Below, one piece after another: positions 28,524 through 36,731 of a DNA stretch of 48,872 nt. Where the stretch lies: positions 1 through 48,872 of the IMG/VR virus record IMGVR_UViG_3300025282_000055; one strand, 5' to 3'. The notes beneath the pieces were generated by a model, which was given only the letters and a program-made list of their open reading frames with translations, made no database searches and had not been told where the DNA came from. Numbering within the stretch: the stretch's first letter is position 1; each line of letters starts with the position of its first letter. This DNA comes from a virus. Taxonomy: Duplodnaviria; Caudoviricetes. Position numbers and translations under genes: made by a program.

Positions 28524-28868
28524 CTATGTTGTAGTTATATTGTTATTAGTGTGAAATTTATCCCAATGCTTCTTTGCAATCTTATTTAATTTACGAATTT
28601 GTTTAACTGAATAACCTAAATTATATCTCTTAACCAATTCATTTACTCTTACCTGCATATTATTAATGCTTTGAATAGTAATAACTGTGTCATTTATAGT
28701 TAATTTACCTAAATTCTTCTTAGATGTCTTAATCCAATGTAAATAAGATAATATTATTGATTTAGGTGTTCCTGTAAATACTGCAGCTCCCTCATCTAGA
28801 TCAACTTTAGTATAATATCCTAATCTAGGATCATATACTGTATCAGGTTTTGCTTTTTTATTTGCCAT
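28524..28868 (-). CDS. Basic hypothetical early protein
   Basis: Likely start ATG 28868 with AAGGA. Confidence 0.55.
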   Translation of the reverse strand: MANKKAKPDTVYDPRLGYYTKVDLDEGAAVFTGTPKSIILSYLHWIKTSKKNLGKLTINDTVITIQSINNMQVRVNELVKRYNLGYSVKQIRKLNKIAKKHWDKFHTNNNITTT

Positions 28869-28905
28869 GCTATTCCTTTCTTTCATATTTATTATTTAAA
28901 ATTGA

Positions 28906-29329
28906 AGAGAGAGAGCGAAAGGATTCTCATTAGGGAAATATGTTCCAAAAACCTAATTAGCATTTGAAGATACTACTCTCTCTCTAAATTAACGGCCTAT
29001 CAGTACGCTTATATAGAGTTACGCACTTTAACAGCTGACTGGCTTACAAATGTATATACGAAGGAGACTTTAAAGTTCTCTTCAAATAGATACTGTTCTA
29101 CACCCTACTGAAATAGGCCAACAAGACAACATAATCATAGTTGGTACATAGCTTAGTTACTAACACGTAGTTCTATTGGTACACCATTTGCTATGATCAT
29201 ACAGAGGATAGCTCCAGGCTCAACCCTTATGCACTCTCTTGATGTCTTAATATATCAATTGACAAAGGCCCGACTACTTATCTAGTATTTCATCGTTTCC
29301 ATAGCACTTATATTATAGTGGTCTGTCAA
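28906..29329 (-). ncRNA. Putative structured non-coding region (tandem stem-closed domains)
   Basis: No long ORF; four consecutive IR-closed domains (see findings). Strand inferred from flanking genes. Confidence 0.45.
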
Positions 29330-29497
29330 CATTACCACTTACTATTAATGACGAATAAGAGCGCTTTCCACACTCATCAGTCCCAACATTGCATAGTTAC
29401 CTATAAATTGAGCAAGTGATGTTTACACATTTTTCTCAATACAATGTTTAATCTTACCTATTCTACTATAATTGTGCACAACAATAGACTCATTAAT

Positions 29498-29590
29498 TTA
29501 ACTAAATATTAATTGATACAGTCCATACCATATAAATACTGAAACTGTTATCATTATACCATATACTATTATATTATACCAATTTATCAT
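29498..29590 (-). CDS. 30-aa single-TM peptide (not in ORF track)
   Basis: MINWYNIIVYGIMITVSVFIWYGLYQLIFS; ATGA overlap with the upstream ORF. Confidence 0.45.
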   Translation of the reverse strand: MINWYNIIVYGIMITVSVFIWYGLYQLIFS

Positions 29591-29733
29591 GACTCTTTAC
29601 CTTCTTTCTTATCCTTCAATTTAGAATGATGATTACAATTTGGTACAAACTTCATTAAAGATTTTATCTTCTTTTTAACATAACCCTCAAATGTATTATG
29701 ACACTCATTACACATAAATAATGCTGTTTTCAT
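29587..29733 (-). CDS. Small Zn-ribbon-like protein
   Basis: Likely start ATG 29733 with AGGAGG; 'CNEC...CNHH'. Confidence 0.5.
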   Translation of the reverse strand: MKTALFMCNECHNTFEGYVKKKIKSLMKFVPNCNHHSKLKDKKEGKES

Positions 29734-29958
29734 GAACCCTCCTGTTTGGTATAAGTTTATACTATATATAGATACAGGCATGTGTGTGTGTGTAATAAGG
29801 AGGAGACAGTTCTCTACACTAATAGTTATCAACACATGCCAATATCTTTAAATACTTACGGTTCTCTACATATCTGTCTCTATATTAATGAACAATAATA
29901 CTATTACATTATAAATTAGGGAGAATCAGTGTATTAATTAATTCTCCCAAGTTTATTT

Positions 29959-30315
29959 CTAATAATTACTATTACCTGATAAGTAACACAACCTTGTAAG
30001 TTGTCTAGCTTCTCTCATAGGAAATGCTCTACCTAACTCACGTGTTACATCCCATATCATATTACGAAGATCATCAAGTCCTTTCTTCTTCATTGACTTC
30101 TTCATTGTAGGATGTAGTTTAATGTATTGTCTCTGAGTAGTAAATACTTCCATCAACGTATCTATATCTTCATCAGCTACTAACTCTTGCACATCATCTA
30201 TAGTATAGACTCTGTCATCTTTAGTAATCTTAGGATCTACTCCTTGAGTTCTTACAGGCTTACTCTCATGTATGATACCTTTACCATCATGAGTACTATT
30301 GTCTTCTAGTTCCAT
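29959..30315 (-). CDS. Hypothetical protein, first gene of the leftward block
   Basis: 118 aa, strong RBS AAGGAGG. Confidence 0.65.
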   Translation of the reverse strand: MELEDNSTHDGKGIIHESKPVRTQGVDPKITKDDRVYTIDDVQELVADEDIDTLMEVFTTQRQYIKLHPTMKKSMKKKGLDDLRNMIWDVTRELGRAFPMREARQLTRLCYLSGNSNY

Positions 30316-30462
30316 TGGAACCTCCTTAAAAGTGAATAAATATAATCACAAATACAAATTAATCAAAATCAAAAATAACTAAATCACGATAGTGAAAAAC
30401 CCCTGATAAGGGGCGGGGTCATATAATAACCCCAAGCACTAAAATGCTACAATTTTTAAAAG

Positions 30463-30492
30463 TTGCTTTGCAAAGTAACCTTTTTGTATATT
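30463..30492 (+). promoter_or_regulatory. Sigma70-like promoter TTGCTT-N18-TATATT
   Basis: At the divergence point, upstream of the first rightward gene. Confidence 0.45.
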
Positions 30493-30520
30493 AAGGTACC
30501 TAAAAAAGGGGGGATTAGAT

Positions 30521-30751
30521 ATGAGTCAAGGTAATAAGCCTAAACTTACGAATAAACAAGTAGAGTATCATTTAAACAATTTATATGGTGCTGTTAAGAC
30601 TGAAAGTGATACATTAACTACTATAATGAAAGTACTTACTGATTATATCTCTTTTTCAAATGATACGGTAGGATTTCAAACATTTTTAAAAGAAAAATAT
30701 AAAAAAGTGGAAGAGAAAAAGACTGATGAAATAAAAAAAGATAATAAATAG
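30521..30751 (+). CDS. Hypothetical protein
   Basis: 76 aa, G-rich RBS. Confidence 0.6.
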   Translation: MSQGNKPKLTNKQVEYHLNNLYGAVKTESDTLTTIMKVLTDYISFSNDTVGFQTFLKEKYKKVEEKKTDEIKKDNK

Positions 30752-30807
30752 TTGCTTTTTAATGATAATAAGTACTAAACTATAGCAAACTATTTGGAAG
30801 GGTTAGA

Positions 30808-31008
30808 ATGGAAGATGATAAAGATATAGTAAAATATATACTAACTATTGAGTTTGACCCTGATACTGATAAGGTAGAGAGCATGAAGGAAGAAATTGTT
30901 GAGGTTCCTTCTAAATGTCTCATTTTTAAAGGTAATACCGCTGTGTTAGATTCTATGGATGATGAATCAATATCTAGAATTACTACGTTTGAGATTGCTG
31001 AAACATAA
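30808..31008 (+). CDS. Acidic hypothetical protein
   Basis: 66 aa; preceded by TTGCTT-N18-TAAACT (30752-30781). Confidence 0.55.
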   Translation: MEDDKDIVKYILTIEFDPDTDKVESMKEEIVEVPSKCLIFKGNTAVLDSMDDESISRITTFEIAET

Positions 31009-31058
31009 AATTAATTTGACCCTTCGGGCCAAGTAACCAGCATAACATAAAGGATATT

Positions 31059-31241
31059 ATGGCTAATAAACTAACTAAAGCAGAAGAAAAAACTGCTGCA
31101 AGAACGTATATTGCTACTCAGCTTGAAAGAAATAGATTCGCAAGCTCTATATTAAAACAGAATGAAAGATTAAAAGAGCAGAATCAACAGCTTATGGAGA
31201 CTATGATTACAATACATAATGCCAGACAAAAGGGTTCCTAA
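31059..31241 (+). CDS. Small coiled-coil hypothetical protein
   Basis: 60 aa, RBS AAGGA, coupled to the lysozyme gene. Confidence 0.55.
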   Translation: MANKLTKAEEKTAARTYIATQLERNRFASSILKQNERLKEQNQQLMETMITIHNARQKGS

Positions 31242-31753
31242 TGTCTGCATTATCGGGGATAGATCCTGCTGAGTTAGGTAGTTATATTACATGGTTAAAA
31301 CAAAATGAGAGTTTTGAACCATTTGCTTATACTGATGCAGCAGGGGTAGAGACAATAGGTTATGGTACTACCAATGATGTGTTTATTAATAATTTATCTG
31401 CAAAAGAAGCGTTGTCTGGTATATCTGAATCTACAGCAGATTCTTTATTAAGAGAAGATCTTGATGCAATGTATAGTACGCTTAGTAATAGAATGGTTAA
31501 TTTGGGGAAAGATTCTTTATTTGCAACTATTCCAGATAGAGATAAATTGATGATGTTGGATTATGAGTATAATGTAGGAAGTATAAATAAATACCCTAAG
31601 ATGAGAGATGCTATACTTACTGGAAATTGGGGGGTTGTAGATAATGAATATGAAAGAAGTTATTTAAATGCTACTACAGGTAATTGGATGCCTTTAGCTA
31701 AACGAAATACAATGACATTTGATTATTTTATACAAGATAGACTTACTCCATGA
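31241..31753 (+). CDS. Lysozyme (T4-like/GH24 muramidase)
   Basis: E-x8-D-x5-T triad 'NESFEPFAYTDAAGVETIGYG'; 'YNVG'. Confidence 0.85.
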   Translation: MSALSGIDPAELGSYITWLKQNESFEPFAYTDAAGVETIGYGTTNDVFINNLSAKEALSGISESTADSLLREDLDAMYSTLSNRMVNLGKDSLFATIPDRDKLMMLDYEYNVGSINKYPKMRDAILTGNWGVVDNEYERSYLNATTGNWMPLAKRNTMTFDYFIQDRLTP

Positions 31754-32478
31754 GATCTTATAGAGTAAATGGTATAAATCATTATGTGTATGAACCTGAT
31801 GATGTTTTGCCTAGCTCTATTAAGATTGTTGATTGGAGAAAAGCATCAGTGGGAGATTGGGTAAAAGCAGATGATGAATGTTATATACAGATTTTACGTA
31901 AAGGAAAGATGATCGTACCGAAAGGATGTAAGAAGACTAGGGAATATGTTGGCACGTGCACTGGAACTTTTCCAGTATCCTCCAAGGTGAAACTCGACAC
32001 TTCACGCAGAGTCAACATTTACTCCTTTGGAGGGAGTAAGAACTCTGCAGACGTTCTGCTAGATCGGACGGTACTGAGTAAGTGCGAACATCTCTTCGTA
32101 ATATATCTTGTCTCTGGACTACCTCCACAACAAGCTTATATTAAAGCATTTCCTACAAGTAACCCAGGATATGCTAAGCAGAAGTCTACGCAATTGATAA
32201 AAACTAAAAGGGTGATGACAGCTATGAAAGAAGAATTAAAACCAGTATTAGAAGAATTAGGTATAAATGAAAATAGTATTTTAAAGAATATACAAACTAT
32301 TGCTATGTCATCTGAAAAAGATGAGACTAGATTAAAAGCATTATTTAAATTATCTGATATTATGGATTTGGAGGACAAGAGCAGAACTACAGTTACTCAA
32401 GTATCTGGAGCTTTATTTCAAGGATTTCAAGATAAAGAATTACTAAAAGCTGAAAGGCCAAAAACAATAGAGGAATAA
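31750..32478 (+). CDS. Putative terminase small subunit with an N-terminal extra domain
   Basis: 'QQAYIKAF...YAKQKSTQLIK' HTH-like segment and 'RLKALFKL' helix typical of TerS; upstream of TerL. Confidence 0.6.
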   Translation: MRSYRVNGINHYVYEPDDVLPSSIKIVDWRKASVGDWVKADDECYIQILRKGKMIVPKGCKKTREYVGTCTGTFPVSSKVKLDTSRRVNIYSFGGSKNSADVLLDRTVLSKCEHLFVIYLVSGLPPQQAYIKAFPTSNPGYAKQKSTQLIKTKRVMTAMKEELKPVLEELGINENSILKNIQTIAMSSEKDETRLKALFKLSDIMDLEDKSRTTVTQVSGALFQGFQDKELLKAERPKTIEE

Positions 32479-32479
32479 T

Positions 32480-32986
32480 ATGGATATAACTTTAGAAGAT
32501 TATAGAAGGGCTTTAGGACAGAAACAGAATGTGGATGTATTAGATTATATACGAGGAAGAATTTCTCAACTTGAAGCTATTGAGATGGCAAAAAGAATGC
32601 AAGAACATAAAGAAGAATTTGATTTATATCGTGGGGTTACAGAAATATCTCAAGAAGAATCTGATAGAGCTGTGACAGATTATCAAGATATGTTGATACA
32701 AAAAGCCTTAGAAGGCGGGGATATGGGGAATAGACCTCCTATAAATCCTACTCTTTTAGAAATGCTATTTAAAGGATATTTTAAACCTGTACCTGGATAT
32801 GGCGGCCCTAGAGGAGGGGGATATGCAGATGTGGAGGTAGAAGTATTAGACACAATTGTGGATGAATTTGGAAACAGAAGAATTAAACCCTCTCCTGATC
32901 CATCTGATATTGTTGCTCCCGAAGGTTCAGGAACTTTAGAAAGATATCCACTACCAGATCCATTTGAAGAATTACCAGGATTCTAG
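32480..32986 (+). CDS. Hypothetical acidic, Pro-rich protein
   Basis: 168 aa, RBS GAGG. Confidence 0.55.
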   Translation: MDITLEDYRRALGQKQNVDVLDYIRGRISQLEAIEMAKRMQEHKEEFDLYRGVTEISQEESDRAVTDYQDMLIQKALEGGDMGNRPPINPTLLEMLFKGYFKPVPGYGGPRGGGYADVEVEVLDTIVDEFGNRRIKPSPDPSDIVAPEGSGTLERYPLPDPFEELPGF

Positions 32987-34237
32987 GTGCCGTTAAGTAA
33001 AGAATATCAAGATTATTGGAATTGGTTAAAATATTCTGGAGCTAGTAGCGAAGGACGTATACCAACTTTTGAAGGATTTGAGGGAGATGTCACAGAAGAA
33101 TTAGATTTTCTTAAAACTTTACCAGAATCATTATCTGCTATGTCAGAGGAAGAGGTTGCTGAATGGGCTAAAACCAGTGAATCTGTATCTAGACAATTAG
33201 CAGCATTACTTGAATTTCATGCCCCAGAACTAGATAAAATTTTATCTCAGATTATGCCAGAAAAAGGCGCAATAGATAAGGCTATAGAAGAAGAAGAAGC
33301 TGGTTGGAGTGAAGAAGAAAAATTATTTGCAAGACGGACCAACAGAAAGGAGTTGGACAGAATCAAATCAGAGATTGGAATTGATCCAAGACATTACGAA
33401 CAATTTAAAGAAACTCCTTTTACTGATGTGTTATTGCCAAAATTACAAGCTGGTAATATGTTTATAAGAGCTGTTCCTCCAGGATTTGAAGCAGGATCAG
33501 GCAAATGGGAAGTAGGAACAGAAAACTGGGCTGGAAAATCAATAGGACAGTACGGTTATGGTTTGGGGGGAAGTCTTGTTGATACTGCGTATGCTGCTTT
33601 ACCTTTACCAACTCCTGATTCCACAAGCCAGACCTATAGGTGGGCTGCTGATCCTATTGAAATACTTACTCATGAGATATTTGGACACGGAACTGGATCT
33701 CTTCATATGTCTAGTCTAGAAGACCAGAGTCATGATGCTTATGGTAAATTGTTTGAATTGTCTAAAGGCAGTAATTGGGAAAAAGGTGTAAGTGGAGACA
33801 GAATAAGAGATTGGGCTGATTGGTATGGTAATCAACAAGAAACTAGGTTTTCTGATGAATATGTAGAATTTTATAGATTTTTATATGATAATGAGTTATT
33901 AAAAGATTACGAATTTATTATGAATCAATTACTACCAGAAGAATATGGAGATTGGAGTATTCATGAACAAATGGATAAATGGTATGGTAGCCCGTATGCT
34001 AAAACACTTCAGGCACATACAGCGCTAAGTGATGACTATTTTAACTTGGATTATCCTTTGGAATTTGAGGATTTAAAAGCCGAGTTGAGAAAAGAAGCTG
34101 AATTTCATGGGCAATCTGAATCTGGGATTCCTTTAAGTCCAAGAGATTTTTTTGGTAGATATGTTATGCATGGACCAGAGTTGCCTTGGGAACCTACAGC
34201 TAGAGTACAAGAAATTTATGATGAGTATAACGAATAA
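32987..34237 (+). CDS. Acidic protein with HExxGH zincin-like motif
   Basis: 'ILTHEIFGHG'; GTG start directly after the previous TAG. Confidence 0.5.
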   Translation: MPLSKEYQDYWNWLKYSGASSEGRIPTFEGFEGDVTEELDFLKTLPESLSAMSEEEVAEWAKTSESVSRQLAALLEFHAPELDKILSQIMPEKGAIDKAIEEEEAGWSEEEKLFARRTNRKELDRIKSEIGIDPRHYEQFKETPFTDVLLPKLQAGNMFIRAVPPGFEAGSGKWEVGTENWAGKSIGQYGYGLGGSLVDTAYAALPLPTPDSTSQTYRWAADPIEILTHEIFGHGTGSLHMSSLEDQSHDAYGKLFELSKGSNWEKGVSGDRIRDWADWYGNQQETRFSDEYVEFYRFLYDNELLKDYEFIMNQLLPEEYGDWSIHEQMDKWYGSPYAKTLQAHTALSDDYFNLDYPLEFEDLKAELRKEAEFHGQSESGIPLSPRDFFGRYVMHGPELPWEPTARVQEIYDEYNE

Positions 34238-35799
34238 TGGCTAATATAAATACACAGAATGTATCAAAGGCCGAAGAAACATTAGAACTTGCCAAACATG
34301 ATATGATTGCATTTGGTAAGTTATTTCTGCCTGATGATTTTATGAGAAGTGAAACTCCATTTTTTCATTATGAAGTAGCAGATTTGATTTCAGATACAAA
34401 AGTAAAACAAATGGCTGTTATTTTACCTAGAGGTCATGGTAAGACAGTTTTAACTAAATGTAATATATTACAAGATTTCTTATTTACAAAGGAACCTTTG
34501 TTTTACGGTTGGGTTGCTGCATCGTCTAAGATTAGTGTACCGAATTTAGATTACATAAAATATCATTTGGAATATAATGATAAAGTGTCGTATTATTTCG
34601 GTAGTTTAAAAGGGAAAAAATGGACTGAAGATGATATCGAACTTAAAAATGGCTGTAAACTCATTAGTAAATCAAACCTATCAGGTATTAGAGGCGGAGC
34701 GAAATTACATAAACGGTACGACCTCATTGTTCTGGACGATTTTGAAGATGAAAATAATACCGTTACACCAGAGTCTCGTGCTAAAATCTCTAATCTTGTT
34801 ACGGCTGTTGTATTTCCTGCTTTGGAACCTGGTACTGGTAGGCTTCGTATCAATGGGACTCCTGTTCATTTTGATTCCTTTATTAACAATATCCTTATTG
34901 GATATAATAAAGCTAAAAGCAAAGGGATGGATAAAGAATTTAGCTGGAAAGTAGTAACTTATAAAGCTTTGCAGGATGATGGTACACCTTTGTGGCCTTC
35001 ATGGTTTGGTCAAAAGGAAATGGAGAGAAAGAAAAAGTTTTATTCTGATTCAGGTCAGCCACAGAAATTCTATCAGGAATATATGATGGAAGTACAAAGT
35101 GAAACTGATTCTATTTTTACAAGAGATCATGTAAAGCATTGGGAGGGAAGATATAAATATGATGAAGAAACTGAGATCTCGTATGTTGTCTTGGATACTG
35201 GAGATGTTAAGCCAGTCAACATTTTTGCTGGGGTTGACCCTGCTACCGATAGTACTCGTAGGGATAGTGATTTCTCTGTTATTGTTATGTGTGGTGTTTG
35301 TGCTGATAATAATATCTATGTTTTGGAGTATTTACGAATGCGTAGTCTGCCAGTTCTTGGTATCCCAGGAGATGATAAAAAGGGAATAGTAGATTATATG
35401 TTTGATTATAATAATAGATTTAGGCCCAGTTTATTTACTGTAGAAGACACTACAATGAGTAGGCCAATATTTCAAGCATTGACTGCTGAAATGAGAAGAA
35501 GAAATGATTTTACTGTTAAGTTTTGTGCTGAAAAGCCAGGAAACAGAATGAGCAAGAGAGATAGGATACAGGAAATATTAGCACAAAGATTTTCAATAGG
35601 GGGGATATTTGTAAAGAAAGAGATGTATGATTTACAAAGAGAGATATATACTTTTGGTCCTAGAATGGGACATGATGATACAATAGATGCTTTAGCATAT
35701 GCGTGTAAGTATGCATATCCATTGCAATCTGTTAAACAAGATAAAAAGGGTAATATTTATAAACACAGACCTACAGCTAAAAGTTGGGTAGTTGCATAG
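34237..35799 (+). CDS. terL: Terminase large subunit
   Basis: 'PRGHGKT' Walker A, 'IVLDDFED' Walker B, 'GTP' coupling motif, nuclease 'GVDPA...HDDTIDALAY'. Confidence 0.95.
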   Translation: MANINTQNVSKAEETLELAKHDMIAFGKLFLPDDFMRSETPFFHYEVADLISDTKVKQMAVILPRGHGKTVLTKCNILQDFLFTKEPLFYGWVAASSKISVPNLDYIKYHLEYNDKVSYYFGSLKGKKWTEDDIELKNGCKLISKSNLSGIRGGAKLHKRYDLIVLDDFEDENNTVTPESRAKISNLVTAVVFPALEPGTGRLRINGTPVHFDSFINNILIGYNKAKSKGMDKEFSWKVVTYKALQDDGTPLWPSWFGQKEMERKKKFYSDSGQPQKFYQEYMMEVQSETDSIFTRDHVKHWEGRYKYDEETEISYVVLDTGDVKPVNIFAGVDPATDSTRRDSDFSVIVMCGVCADNNIYVLEYLRMRSLPVLGIPGDDKKGIVDYMFDYNNRFRPSLFTVEDTTMSRPIFQALTAEMRRRNDFTVKFCAEKPGNRMSKRDRIQEILAQRFSIGGIFVKKEMYDLQREIYTFGPRMGHDDTIDALAYACKYAYPLQSVKQDKKGNIYKHRPTAKSWVVA

Positions 35800-35880
35800 A
35801 TATTATTACATTAAAAGATTTAGGTAAAATAAAAAAATCTAAAGACAAAGAAACTAACGAAGCTAAAAAAGGAGAAAATA

Positions 35881-36159
35881 ATGGCTTACGGAAAAATAAC
35901 TAATGCTTCTAAACAGAAGTTTGGTTCTACAAGAGCACCAAGAGGAGCTCACAGAGTTGGACCAGGTAGTGATGTTCAACCTACTATAAAAAGAACTGAT
36001 GATCCAGGAGATCAAACTCAATTGAATACACAAAAATTTGGGCCAACTATGGCGCCTAGAACTTCTCGAAGAGTTGGTCAAGGTGGAGCTCAACCAGCAA
36101 TAAAAAAAGGTAAAAATAAAAGGACTTTCTACAATAACACATATGAAGCAGGTTTATAA
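35881..36159 (+). CDS. Small basic protein with an internal duplication
   Basis: Two copies of 'QKFGxTxAPRxxxRVGxG..QPxIK'; RBS AGGAG. Confidence 0.65.
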   Translation: MAYGKITNASKQKFGSTRAPRGAHRVGPGSDVQPTIKRTDDPGDQTQLNTQKFGPTMAPRTSRRVGQGGAQPAIKKGKNKRTFYNNTYEAGL

Positions 36160-36169
36160 GGAGAAATAA

Positions 36170-36631
36170 ATGGCAACAAAAGTAACACCAGCAACGCTTA
36201 CAGTTAAAATTACTGAGCAGATTACATTAAATGGCGTTTCTTATGGCGGATCAAATACTTTTACAAAATCAGCTTGTGGTCAGGTAGATCAAAGGATATT
36301 AAATGTAGTTCATGATTCTAATGTGAATATTATAAATTTAGGTAGTGCAGATTCTGTCGGAGCTGTAGTTGCTGCTAATTTAAAATATTTTAGAGTCACT
36401 AATTTAGATGATACTAATTTTGTATCACTTATAATTTATGATTCAGGAGCAGGACATGAAATAGCTTTAAAAGTAGAACCAGGTTCTAGTTTATTTTTTA
36501 CTACTGATGATATTTATGCTAATGACGATTCAGCTGTAGATTTTGCTGGGACATTAATTGCAGCAGAAGCTATTTATTTGAGAGCAGATACTGCAGCATG
36601 TGATTGTGAATATATTTGTGTAACTACATAA
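36170..36631 (+). CDS. Beta-rich virion structural protein
   Basis: 153 aa, 'KYFRVTNLDDTNFV'; between TerL and portal; RBS AAGGAG. Confidence 0.55.
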   Translation: MATKVTPATLTVKITEQITLNGVSYGGSNTFTKSACGQVDQRILNVVHDSNVNIINLGSADSVGAVVAANLKYFRVTNLDDTNFVSLIIYDSGAGHEIALKVEPGSSLFFTTDDIYANDDSAVDFAGTLIAAEAIYLRADTAACDCEYICVTT

Positions 36632-36731
36632 TATAGACAGTACTGTTATAATTTAGCTAAGACGCTTAAAAAGATGTTTAAAAACAGATCTAAAAAGGGT
36701 CTTATTATATTAATAATTACTCAGAGGGTAA

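Noticed and set aside
28887-29497. CRISPR mini-array
   Set aside because: No direct repeats with regular spacing were seen; only inverted repeats of differing sequence.
29780-29793. (TG)n microsatellite as a phase-variation site
   Set aside because: Short, intergenic once the start is corrected to 29733, and partly explained as an arm of the 29777-29840 inverted repeat.
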